DNA of 64,000 nt, from positions 1,612,001 to 1,676,000 of the forward strand of contig JAWMAR010000430.1 of NCBI GenBank assembly GCA_036785375.1, read 5' to 3'. A program made the position numbers and the translations under genes. The notes under the pieces are model-generated. The model had not been told where the DNA came from and did no database searches. It worked only from the letters and a program-made list of their open reading frames with translations. Below are positions 38,833 to 51,006 of the stretch, in pieces (positions within the stretch are counted from its first letter, which is position 1; each line of letters begins with the position of its first letter). This DNA comes from Leucoraja ocellata. Its lineage: Eukaryota.

Positions 38833-40184
38833 AAAAGATTGCAGAAAAAGGTCAATTTTGTATCTAAAATCTTCATTCCATGTCCTAAGCGGTGAGCTAT
38901 TATTGTGCACCAAACTTTGAAGTTAATGAAAGACCTGCCAATATTTTAAATGTTAAGAACAAAATTAATTGGGTTTGATTATAATCGTGCTCCTGTGTTT
39001 GGTAATGTCAAGTAATTGAGCTACTTAGAAGTCATTAGAAGTCATGAACTGCTCCTTTAAAAAGGTGTTTTCCATCATATATATATGGTTTAAATATATC
39101 TGTAATGTGCTGCAAAACAAAATATATATATAACTTATATATATGCTGCCTTGTATCTCATGAGATTTATATGCTTAATCGAACAAAAGAATCTGATGTA
39201 TTTATTCTTTATAACTAATATCACAACAGGCTGGTGCTCTTGCACGCTGTATCCTGGGTATTATTTGGTGTTTTGGGATGGTCTGCCTCTGCTTATGGTT
39301 GGCATACCCAGAGACAGGTCATCATATCCCCCTCATTCACCAGCACCAGCTGTTGGAGATATTTTAAACAACAATAGAGTAATTGACTGCTTTCTGGACA
39401 AATAATTACCACAGATTTTTTTTCTCTTTCAACAGACGCCAAATAAAAGAGCAGGACTCATATTGTTTGTGAACACTGTAAATTTTAAACATTGGGGAGC
39501 TAAAGGGCAACGAGCCGTCACTCTCTAGAGAGCTGACATCACAGATTTCGAAATGCGCACACTTTTTCCACATAATGAGAACTGAAGGGTGCTGCTGATA
39601 AGCATTACATTCTTTCTCAGTTACAAGCACCAGTTACAAGTTGCCAGATGGTGCAACAATTCATCTTTTCCCTCTGGAGGTGGATTCAAGTGCAGTACAG
39701 TCACAAGGAATACAGCTATCTTCCTGTTGGCTGCAAGCATACAGCACAAACTAATGTTGGATAGTCTTAAATTAACCTTTAAAAACAATTAAAAGCATAA
39801 ACAACCATCAATCAGTAAAACAATCACTTTGCACTCCACCTTAATGGTCCAGATTTTGATTTTGGCCGTAATTTGACAGCATTCACATGATCCAGGTAAG
39901 AAAATCAATTCCCTTGTTTGTGAAGCTTCCAATGGGAATGTGAGAAAAATGGGGAGGATATTTATTTGTGAGCTTTCTGCGATGGAAGGAAAGGTTTGGC
40001 AGCATTAAAACTCATAATGAGAAAATGAGAGAAAAAAACCTAAGTGGCTATTTCACATCCAAGATTTATCCAAAAAATACACAATGTTTCTGATATTCAA
40101 ACTTAAAAAAAACTTTGTACAAACTTTAAAAACACTTTAAAAGCATTAAATGCTACCAAACACATCTAATAAGGCATCTCTTAA

Positions 40185-40379
40185 TGGGCCTGTCCCACTT
40201 AGGCGATGTTTTTGGGGGACTACAGGCGACTGCTGCAAAATTTTCAACATGTTGAAAAAATGTTGACGACAATTGCGACCATTTTTGCTGTCGTAGGTTG
40301 TCGCCAGGTGTTGTAAGTGAATTCCATTAAAATTAGTCCTGGCAGTCGCCTAAAGAGTCACCTAAGTGGGTCAGACCCA
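40185..40379. mobile_element. Harbinger-type MITE
   Basis: TIRs TGGGCCTGTCCCACTTAGGCGA and TCACCTAAGTGGGTCAGACCCA with TAA on both sides. Central palindrome TTTTCAACATGTTGAAAA. Confidence 0.8.
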
Positions 40380-40621
40380 TAAATCAGGCATTAAAATAAA
40401 AAATATATATAATCTTGGAAAAGATTTCTGAGAGTTTTTTTTAGGTGTAATCCATCTGAGATGAGGAAAGGCGGAACTTGAATGGCAGAGGAAGTTTAAA
40501 TTGGATAATGTGTTGTGGTTTGGTCGGACAAACAGGCAGGACTTGTATAGTAAATGCTAGGGTGCTATAGAGTGTTGCGGGACAGAAAGATTTAGAGATG
40601 CAGGTACATAGTTCCATGAAG

Positions 40622-41425
40622 GCGATGAAACAAAAGAGCTCATTGTCGACTTCAGGAGGCACAGCACCGACTTAGCCCCCCTACACATCAACGGCGAGTG
40701 TGTGGAGAGGGTCAACACCTTCCGGTTTCTCGGCGTCCATATCGCTGCTGACATCTCCTGGACGGACAACACGACAGCGGTCATCAAGAAGGCTCAGCAG
40801 CGGCTGCACTTCCTGAGGGTCCTCAGGAAGCACAACCTGGACTCTAACCTGCTGCTGACCTTCTACCGCTCGTCCATCGAGAGCCTGCTAACATACTGCA
40901 TTACAGCATGGTATGGCAGCTGCACCATGGCAGACAGGGAGAGGCTTCAGAGGGTAACCAGGACAGCGCAGAGGATCATTGGCTGCCCTCTCCCCTCCCT
41001 GATGGACATCTACACCTCCCGCTGCCTTAGCAGGGCAAAGAAGATCATCAAAGACAGTTCCCATCCTGCGTTTGGACTGTTCGACCTGCTGCCCTCTGGA
41101 AGGCGCTATAGGTGCATCAAATCCAGGACAAACAGACTCAGGAATAGTTGCTTTCCGAGAATTATAACTACTATAAATTCAAATTCACACATGCACTGAC
41201 TACACCGCCCAACACGGACTTCCATCTGTATATATGTATATATGTATGTAGCGCCGCAGAATTTGTGCACCTATTTCCCCCCCCCCCCCCCCCCATCTCC
41301 CTTCTGTTTTTTGTTTTTTCTGTTTCTTGTTTTTTGTGCTAAATTGTATGTATGCACTGAGTACGAGCAGCTTTCAGTTTCACTGTACATGTATAGTGAC
41401 AATAAATGGCATATCTATCTATATC
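40622..41425 (+). mobile_element. Rex1/Babar-type LINE, 5'-truncated and well preserved, nested in a CR1 remnant
   Basis: Uninterrupted frame ETKELIVDFRR...VERVNTFRFLGVHI...KKAQQRLHFLR...FYRSSIESLLTYCITAWYG...LPSGRRYR, then AATAAA and an (ATCT)n-like tail. Host CR1 pieces lie at about 40440-40620, 41430-41650 and 42020-42140. Confidence 0.88.
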
Positions 41426-43696
41426 ACTGGTGGAAAGCATGCTTGCCTTCACCAATCAGAGTACTGAGTACCGGAGATAGGACATCATTTTACAGCAGCA
41501 CAAAATGTTGGTAATACCATATTTGGAGTACTGCATACAGTTCTGGTTGCTCTGCTATAGGAATGATATCATTAAACCGGAAAAGGTGGAAAAAATATGA
41601 TTGAGAGAATTTTACTGGGTCTGGAGGATATGAGCTACAAGGAAAGATTAGATCCTTATATTGAACTATGAATTATCAAATTTAGATTACTTCTAAAACC
41701 ACGTCCTTCACTGTCCCGTTTCCCCCCCTTATTTTATTAAAGAATAAATAACAATTCACAACTATGTATTCCTCTTGGGCTCGCACCGTCTCTAGCCAAC
41801 AATCAACAGATCAGGGAACTTCCTTGCCCGTGAGTCATCTGTTGCCAGTCCCATTTTCTCCAGGTTTTTTTTTCTTACTTCCAATTTCTCTCCCCTCCCC
41901 CATTTTCTTTAGGGATACTTCCTGGCCCACTGAATTTTGTGCCTTTTGTTTTGTTTTCCAGTATTTTGTGCCTATCTTTGATATAAACAAGCACCTGCAG
42001 TTTCTTTTTGTTACATTATTAATAGATAGGACGGGTCTCTGTTCCCTGGAACAGAGGAGGCTGATGAGTGACCTAAAAGAGATATATCATATCATGATGG
42101 CCATAGGCAAGGTGGATAGCTACAGTCTTTTCCCTAGGGGACATTGCAGTGCAAGTGCAAGCTCTGACTGAACCAATTAACCTAAAACGTTCTGGGATTC
42201 TCAGATGCTTATGCAGAAATCTCCAAGTAATCATCAGTTTTGATGGCAAATACTGCAGTTTTGTCATTATTACTCCATAAAATCTTTGCAAAACGTAGCT
42301 GTGCACTATAATTTTTAAACATTGAGAAATTAAGAATGCCTGAGTAGAAAGCATGATGTTAATGAATTGATTTTTTTCCCTTATCTTTACTTTTATAAAA
42401 ATTGTCTGATATTACATGATGGATTGAGTTAATTACCAAGTATCTCTGGTACCTATGAAGGAAACCAAATGAAGACAACGTTAGGACGTGTGAGATGATT
42501 TTGTAACATGATTTCCCTTCTGACATATTTACTTGAGACCAAAAAGAAAAATCTTGGACTCCATGTGCATGTTCCCATGATTGTTTAGATGAGACTAGTA
42601 CACAGTTTAAGAGAAACTATTGATCAATAAGTATGAACAATAACTCTGGCAGTAATTGACTCGGCCAGTCAATTCGGGAGAAAAATCCAAATACTGGCTA
42701 TAATGCAGAAGGTTTACAGCATCGCAAACAGAATGTATAATCTTTTCAGAATCTTTTCGTTGTACATGGTTCATGTTACAATGACAATAAAGAAACTATT
42801 CTATTCTAGAAATAAACCATTTGATGGACATACCAGATTCGTTTGAACTAGACTGGATATATTTCATGTAACTCAAGTGAACTAAGTTCCCAACCCAAAA
42901 TATCACTTGTCCATTCTCTCCACAGCACTATGTGTTTTGCTCATGAATCAATTTTGTCTGACAGAATGAACAGGCAATGTCCACAATCTCCTTTAATGGA
43001 AGAGAGAAGACTCCATGGAATCCTATTTTCACCTTAGTTTCTAGATGAAAACAATAACAGTGTCTTCCTTCAGTGGTGTTAAACAGTTTGAGATATGGTT
43101 TGATTACTGTCTAAAATAAGTGATTCACTAGGAGTATTTAATAGTGGGAATAAACCAAATTATTGTGAAACTATACAATCCTGTGAGTGTGAAATCCATA
43201 CAACATGTTGATTAATTAAGATATCTACTGTATATGCAAGTCATTAAAATGGTTAATATGTTCTGGCAACATAATTTCAAATTTCAAATAATTAAATTGT
43301 GAGTTTGTGGCTTTTACCCAATACTCCCAGTTGACTCGAGATTAACTGATTGTGAAAACTAATAATAGTTATGGGTAATTGCTTTGTTCCTTTTCCAATT
43401 AATGTAATTTATTTAAAACGCAGCATGAGCTTCTACTATTCTCTGCACCATTCCGTTACCTTCCAGAATGTAACTTTAATTAATAGAGGTTACGCAAAAT
43501 ACAAATCACCCATAACTCAAGAACCCTATCTGTGGATGACCTATGATTATGTATTAATTAAACTTTTTCTTGTGAGTTTTGTTTTGTTATAAATGGGGCA
43601 TGAACATCCTACGACTCCCAGAATATCTGAGTAGGCTGCAGGCAGTGTAGCTCTGAGGTAATTATTTAACTGGCCCATTATTTTTAAATCGTAGGG

Positions 43697-43795
43697 AAGG
43701 AGAAGGGTCTCGACCCGAAAAATCACCCATTCCTTCTCTCCATAGAATAGATGCTGTCTGTCCTGCTGAGTTACTCCAGTATTTTGTGTCTACCC
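43697..43795 (+). mobile_element. Penelope-derived short element, truncated in the hammerhead core
   Basis: GAAGGGTCTCGACCCGAAAAATCACCCATTCC...GAGTTACTCCAGTATTTTGTGTCTACC. Confidence 0.65.
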
Positions 43796-43966
43796 TCAGT
43801 TTTAAATCAGTGGCTGATTTATTACAGAATAAATGGAAAATAATGAATTTGCAAAGTTATTGGCATGATTTTGTCAAAGACTCCAAATATTGTGGGCAGT
43901 TTTAGCTGGTTGGTAGCGGCCACCTGAAGGTTGCAATTCGATTGTTGTAAAATATCTTTACGACAG

Positions 43967-44125
43967 TTGTGTTTAATAAAGAAATGCAGATGCTGGAGAA
44001 ACTCAGCGGGTGAGGCAGCATCTATGGAGCAAAGTCTGAAGAAGGGTCTCGACCTGAAACGTCGCCTATTCCTTCGCTCCATAGATGCTGCCTCACCTGC
44101 TGAGTTTCTCCAGCATTTTTGTCTA
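43967..44125. mobile_element. Penelope-derived short element, inverted pair with 11-bp TSD
   Basis: CTTTACGACAG at 43956-43966 and 44126-44136. Arms at about 43990-44030 and 44075-44116 enclose the hammerhead motif. Confidence 0.75.
44036..44063 (+). ncRNA. Minimal type I hammerhead ribozyme motif in a Penelope-derived repeat
   Basis: CTGAAGA-A-GGGTC-TC-GACCT-GAAAC-GTC: both catalytic boxes, a helix II hairpin, palindromic ACGT in place of helix III, and a GUC triplet. Confidence 0.6.
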
Positions 44126-44289
44126 CTTTACGACAGGTTTTGTAACTTTACAAGAAATGTTTGATATTTCCTTCAGACAACTTGTATATCAGATTATCTT
44201 TTTTTGCTGCCAGGCTTGGAGTTAGGACATTCATGCCTCATATTCAGTGGTTTGTAGAGTCAAACCATACTGCAGAGATGTGGATTCTG

Positions 44290-44480
44290 GGCAGATACTT
44301 CACTGTATTACTGAGCTCCACCTTACAGTAGAAATGTTGGACCAAGGTCCTGCCAGCTCTCTTTACCGGATGCAATGGCAATGTTTGAAGAGTAGAAGGA
44401 AATTCCTCTAGTTTCTTGGCCAATATTTATCCCGTAATTATCAGCACAAAAATATATTGTGGTCACACATCTTGTACTGT
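44290..44480 (+). mobile_element. Ancient DeuSINE-like core remnant
   Basis: ...TTTGAAGAGTAGAAGGAAATTCCTCTAGTTTCTTGGCCAATATTTATCCC resembles the Deu-domain motif as recalled. Not alignment-verified. Confidence 0.4.
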
Positions 44481-44596
44481 TCTTCCATCTCACAGAGCTA
44501 ACATGAATAAATTACCGTAAACTTTAGTCGAATTCATGAAACTCTGGAAATATAGCAGGTAATTTGCAGCATGAGATAGAACTTCTTTAGTAAATT

Positions 44597-44820
44597 GGGC
44601 GGCATAGTGGAGGAGCAGTAGAGTTGCTGCGGTACAGCGCTTACAGCACCGGAGACTCAGGTTCGATCCTGACTACGGGTGCTGTCTGTACGCGTTTTCA
44701 CACTCTCCCATTAACCGCGTGGGTTTTCTCTGATACCTTCGGTTTCCTCCCACACTCCAAAGACGTACAGGTTTGTAGGTTAATTGGCTTGACGTGAAAT
44801 GTAAATTTTCCCTTAAGTGT
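44597..44820 (+). mobile_element. HE1/V-SINE-type SINE, 3'-truncated
   Basis: GGGCGGCATAGTGG...GGTTCGATCCTGAC...GGTTTCCTCCCACACTCCAAAGAC. Confidence 0.8.
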
Positions 44821-46351
44821 ATACAAATCTAATATTTTGTTGGAGGTACTTCCTAATGCAATTTGTCTACGCACTTTAAAGTAGTGAAAATGCTAAATAT
44901 TCACTGTGGTATAAAGTCTTACAATATTGAATTGTGGGCAATTGGTTGAAATGATTGATTATGAAAAAACAAAATGGTGAGAATGATGTGAAAAATAGAA
45001 AATAATGCTTAATCTAGAAGGACAAGCAGCAGCAGCAGGTGAGAGAAATAAAGCTAACATTTTGGATTTTTCAATAAATTGTTCAATTTTACAAGGAACA
45101 TTAATGTAGCCTAAGCAAACAAACTGGATTTCATCCACTAATTTTCTATTCACTGGCATTTTTGCGTACATTGGTTGATACAGTGAGAAAGGCAAGAGCA
45201 CAATTTTCAACAGGTATTGCTTTCTTGCACTTTTTCTGCGTTAACTGTAGGAATATAAAAATGTTAAATTAAGTCTATTGCAATCTTTAAGCAGTCAACA
45301 GCAGGAGGAAATATCCTGAAATAGCAATGTCAGATTCCAGATAAATGAGTTCCACATATTACATTACAAACTACGCAGACTCCATTTTTAGAACAGCTGT
45401 ATTTTGAAACAGACAGTTGATAAATTCTGTGGTAAGCTTACATCAAGGACACTGTTTGAGCTGCTTTATTTTGCTTCATATGTAGATTTTCTTCATTTAC
45501 TGTTGTCCTCAGCACTTTTGTAAAGGGACCATAAAACTATGGGCACTTATGACATCTGAAAGCATAAAGACCAATGACATAGATAGCCCTGCGATACATT
45601 GGCAGTGTCTTCATCAAACAGCATTGTTTCCAAAGATCTTGCTTCAAATAATGTTTGGATAATTAAGATTGGTTTGATCTTTGGCTTTGCCCTCTCAATC
45701 AAAAAAGCAACAGCATGAAACTTAATCAGGCAGGACAGTTTGGAGAGCGATGTAATTGAACTAATTGCTATTGAAAATATAATGCAGATGTGGCAGTATT
45801 AAAGTGTAAAAGAAAACAGAAATAAGGAAGGTTCGCAAAATCTTTAGGATCTGTACATTTGGTTCATTAAAATGTTATGGGTAAGTGTGAAGAATAATTG
45901 CAAAAGGTATTGGAACATTGGCCATGATACACACAGAACCCCAAGAACATAAGGGGGTAAGACATTATAGTTTACAATGTATAGTTAATTTAAACTATAA
46001 AATGTATTTATGGTTTATAACTAGTTTACAGCTAGTTTACAAAGCTTTTTATTGGAGGAACATATGCTGAAGTTATAAATGACTTGTAATTGGGTATGTG
46101 AATGGTGCACAAAGCATGTTTGCATTTTGCACGACCATCATATTGGGGCACCTACAGTAGCATTGTAAAATTGGTCAAAAACATTTGAATGCTTCTCACC
46201 CAGAAACAAGTGCTAAGATGGGATTGAGCTTCACTTCTGCTCAGACTGTCTGCTGCTTGCTGGCTAATAACTTTCTTGCTACTGTATGGTGCTGTGCTGG
46301 AACCCAATACCAATCTGGAGTTTGCTCTTGCATCAATGGTATGCTCATGGA

Positions 46352-46495
46352 TCAATGAATGAATGAATAAGTTTATTGACCAAGTATGTAGACATACAAG
46401 GAATTTGCCTTGGTGTTCCGGTCGCAAGTAACAACACGACATACAGTAAACCATTAAGAATAAAACATTAACACATTAACACATTAAGAGTAAAA
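46352..46495 (-). mobile_element. Rex1/Babar 3' terminal fragment
   Basis: AAGTTTATTGACCAAGTAT...CATACAAGGAATTTGCCTTGGTG is nearly identical to 38156-38215. Confidence 0.7.
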
Positions 46496-48704
46496 CAGAG
46501 AGACTGCATGGAGGACTGTGCAGCTAAGCAAAGATAGATGGTGAAGCTTCTACCACACTCAACAGAACCCAATGACCTGGGTGGTCTGTAACCACACAAA
46601 TAATGGCCCATGCTCACTGTGGGATCAAGGTACAGTTTTGAGCTTCACATTTAGTGTGACTGGGCACATCACCCACCATGGTCCACACAATGAGCTGTGG
46701 GCTATTCTGACACAGGAGAGCAAAGATTCATATCAGGTCCCTGGCACCTACGATCCCAGCACAGCAGCACTGCCAGCAATAGATCTCCTTTTCAGTAATG
46801 CTGTAATGTTCCTGTTTAGATCTTGACTCTGGGAATGCATTCTGTGATCCCAGTGCAGGTTGGAGTGTTCCGTTCCAATTTACATTGGTAAGAGTACAAA
46901 GGGGTGTGGTAGATTTTTTTTGTCCGAGGGGACTTCTAGAATTCTAGGCCGCACAGGAGTTGGAGACCAAATCATTAGGTATATTTTTAATGAGGAGTCG
47001 GATAAATATTTGAAAGTTTGAAGAATTGACAGCTATGTGAAAGTGGCTGACATGGACCAGCCATGATTGTGTTGAATGGTGAGGTGAGGCAGGTTTGAGG
47101 GACATGAGGTTTGAGGTGGGCAACTCCTGTTGTGTTTGTGTCCATAAATAATGACATTATTGGGCCCACTTGTAAAGGTTAAGCTCACTGAGGTAGATTA
47201 TGTTCTGACGGTCTATCCGCACTTGGCATGACCTGACCCCAAAATATCAGCTAGTGTGATCTACTCGGGATAAATCAAATGCCCACCTGTTCATCACCTC
47301 AAACAGGCACTACCAATCCAATTTTTAAACGTTATTTTGTTTTCATAAAATAATAAAATACAGAGTTCAGTTTCCTGAAATTTACCTGATTAAGGGATAA
47401 TTTGAGCCGTTTTCAAAATAACAAGGAAATTGATAGGATAAACAGATAGGATTTTTTTTTTTGGTTTTGGGATCCCAAGAACAAGCAAATGGTTTAAGAA
47501 TTAGTCAGGTCTTTCAGAAGTGAAGTTATTAAAAAAAATGGCAGAGATTTGGAATTCACTTTTACAGATGTCAGTGGATACTAGTTCAACTGTTCATTTT
47601 ATATCAGTAGTTTTTGGTAACAAGGTGAGGGCATTGATCAACATCAGTCCTAAATTGATGGCCTTAAACACGACAGGGGTGAACCCAGCTGTCTTCGAGA
47701 GGAGCGGCTACAATTCTCTGTACTCGTGTCAGAATTGAACGTTAATTGAGAGCACATTGTGTCATTAGTTGGCTGTACACTGTCTTCAGAAATTGGCTTC
47801 TGCTTGCCTTATTTCAAAAGAATTTTGGATTATAGCTATTGGACACCAGTGCATGACAGATGTAACACAAAATCAACAAAGTTTCCCAGATGGGAAAGGA
47901 GAGAAAATCCAGATAAATGTAGTCCATGATCATCAGGAACAAACTCCAGCAGTTATTTTCCGATTACAATGGAACAGGCTAGGGTAATGTAAATGTGGTT
48001 TACAAGTAGAAAACCACGAGTTTATATTCTGGGGAGATGAAAAAAAGTCAATTTCTACCAGAGCCATGTGTGAATTCTGTGGCTAGAAGTCTTCACTCGC
48101 AGGGACCCCCCCTCCCCCTCCGGTGGCCGAAATCTGCAGCATCCAATCTTCAGCGAGCACCGTTGTGTGGTGCTTGCGAGCCACGCGTTGACTTGTCCAG
48201 CAGCCGGGCGCAGGCGAACGTTACCTGGGGCGAAGTCGGTGCAGCAGGTGCGTAACAAAGGGCGAGTGTAGACCACGTCTCCCAAAGCAGCAGACAGAGC
48301 AAGAATGAAGCGCTGGTGCCTGGAGCCAACCAAGCGGTCCCGGCATGGATGCACACCTTGTTAACATTGGAAACCTTTACCAAACTTAAGTGTAAGTTTT
48401 AAAAAATCAATCATATTTTAATACAAATTATAAATTAATATATTTATACAGAGCTTGATAGTTTTACCCCTTCCTCTCCAAAATTATACTCCTACCAGTT
48501 TCAACGGGTATACCTATCAACCTAGCTAAAAGTCTGAACACATTTGATTTATTTACTCTGTGCATAATAAATCATTTTTCAGCCTGGTCGTTTGTGCAGA
48601 AATACCTTTAATTTAATTTTATATTTTCATCCTTGCAACCATGTAGATTGCAACCTGCATCCTTGCACAATGAATGCTTTAAATGTTTAATATATTTGTG
48701 CACA

Positions 48705-48990
48705 ATGCACAGCTAGAAAGCCGCATCCTCACAGGGCCAGAGACCTGCGTTCGATCCTGATCTCGGATGCTATCTGTGTGGAGTTTGCATGTTCTCCCCG
48801 TGACCACGTGGGTTCCCTCCCACATCGCACTAAAGTGCAGGTGGGCAGGTTAATTGCCCCCAGTGTGTAAATTAGTGATGGTAATTAATGGAAATGTCGA
48901 GGGCATTGGAATTAAAACAAATTGGAACATTGAAAACAAAATGGAATTATTGTAGAATTTGTGTAAATGGGTGATTGCTGGTCTGTTTCT
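48705..48990 (+). mobile_element. HE1/V-SINE-type SINE, older copy
   Basis: GTTCGATCCTGATCTCGG...GTGTGGAGTTTGCATGTTCTCCCCGTGAC. Confidence 0.7.
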
Positions 48991-50689
48991 AATGACATTG
49001 CTTCATCATTGCTAATTGTGGTTCGAGGCCTTGGGCCAGGAATGTGACTGGCATCACTACAAAGTGTGTGAAGATTAAAAACAAATTGCACATGCTGGAA
49101 ATCTGATAACCTAAAAATATTGGAAACACCCAGCAGTTCAGGCAATATTTGTGAAAAGAGACACTGCCAACATCTCAACTCATGGACCCTTTATCTTGCA
49201 CGTCTGTCAACTTTCTCTCTGTACAGATACTGACTGACTTGTTGAGTGTTTCCAGTCTTTTCTGTTTATTGTTCCACAAATTATGTAATGGATGTGAAGG
49301 AAATGTTTTGCAGGTTGGTTACTGCTGTAATCTTGTCTGATTTCTGTTTTGCCACTGAATAATTTATTATTGAACTCGACGGATGGATCCACAATTATCA
49401 GGGTTAGACCTCAATAAAGGGAATCGACTCTAAACCGCATTTTCCTTTGTCAAAGATGCTTAACTATCTCCAGGTGAACAGTTTTGATTGACCATACTAT
49501 ATTGCAACACCTGAAGAGCCATCCTACTGTTGATCTGGAGAAGAATGGTGAAATCAGAAAGCAAATAAAGAGGGAATTTTGCTCCTCTGGCAATTAGTTT
49601 AGACATACAGGTTATGAAGTGCCTTTAAGAGTTCACCTTTTTTTTAAACTATATAATATCATTAGCAAAAGTTGAGAGTAGGGTGATTTCCAGGTAAACA
49701 TTATATTGTACTTCTATTGAAGTAAAATAAAAGTGATGAAAAGTGATGAAATATACCCAAATTTATTCATTTGGATTAAGGAAGACTTTTTCACAAGGTT
49801 TTTGAAATAATTGATGAAATAACGTTCTCAGTGGAATCGGTAACAATATTATAATAATACAGGAGAAGGTGATTAAATTAATTGAGGTGCTTTTGCTAGA
49901 GTGATTTATGCTTGGAAGTGAGACTGGGTTACAATATATATACAGCACCTTCTCTTTTTCTTTTCATCCATGGCATCTCAGCTATTTAAAAACATTGTGG
50001 GGGTATAGTTCTATTTGAAATAACTATGCATATTTTATTATTTCTTTACATAGACTGGGTTTAATTACACCTTTATCTGCACTGGTGTTGTATAAATGTG
50101 CCCTAAGTACTGGCTTGGGATGTGTAACCACTTTCAATGTCTAAAAATAGTCAATTTCAATTAGCTGTATTATTTTTACTTTATTAGTTTGTTTTGAGGG
50201 AAATTATTATTAATCTTTGAAGGATGGATTCACAGCAATAATATAAATCCCCTCCTTGAGTAATTTTTTGGAAGAAACATTAATGTTAATTGCCTGAAGT
50301 AGGGTGAGGAGTGGTTAAGAAGGGACTTCCAGAGAGACCTTTCCCCGTTTTTGCCCAAGAACAAAGCTAAAAGACATTTACTGGATGTCAATCCCACCTG
50401 GAATCCATCCATGCAAAGCAACCAGAAACAAAAACATTTTGTTGACACAAAGAACTGCAGATGCTTGTTTTTGTTCATCCTTAACAGAATGCCAAATCTC
50501 AAATCAATTAAAATATAATCATGGAAATGTAACTTGCAAAGTAAGCTTTTAATTTGGCCTGAGATCTGAACTACAGATAATGTTGGTCATGCTCAGGAGG
50601 TTAATATTGTTGGAAAGGGAAACTGAGCTGTTATTTCCGGCTCCATCACCTTTCATTAAGATCTAAACTACTTTGAGAAAATAAATTTT

Positions 50690-51006
50690 GGGCGGCACGG
50701 TGGCACAGCGGTAGAGTTACTGCCTTACAGCACTTGCAGCGCCTGAGACACGGTTTCGATCCTGACTACCAGTGCTGTCTGTACAGAGTTTGGACGTTCT
50801 CCCCATGACCACGTGGGTTTTTTTTCAGATCTTCGGTTTCTTCCTACACTCCAAAGACGTACAGGTTTGTAGGTTAATTGGCTTGGTTAAGTGTAAATTG
50901 TCCCTAGTGTGTGTGTAGGATGGTGTTCGTGTGCGGGGATCGCTGGTCGGTGCGGACTCGGTGGGCCGAAGGGCCTGTTTCCGCGCTGTATCTCTGATTA
51001 AACTAA
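50690..51006 (+). mobile_element. HE1/V-SINE-type tRNA-derived SINE, full length
   Basis: A-box TGGCACAGCGG, B-box GTTTCGATCC, V-domain GAGTTTGGACGTTCTCCCC...GGTTTCTTCCTACACTCCAAAGAC, and LINE-like tail GGGCCGAAGGGCCTGTTTCC. Confidence 0.85.

Noticed and set aside
50690-50770. tRNA-like A/B boxes
   Set aside because: They are the head of a SINE that continues into the V-domain and LINE-like tail, not a tRNA gene.
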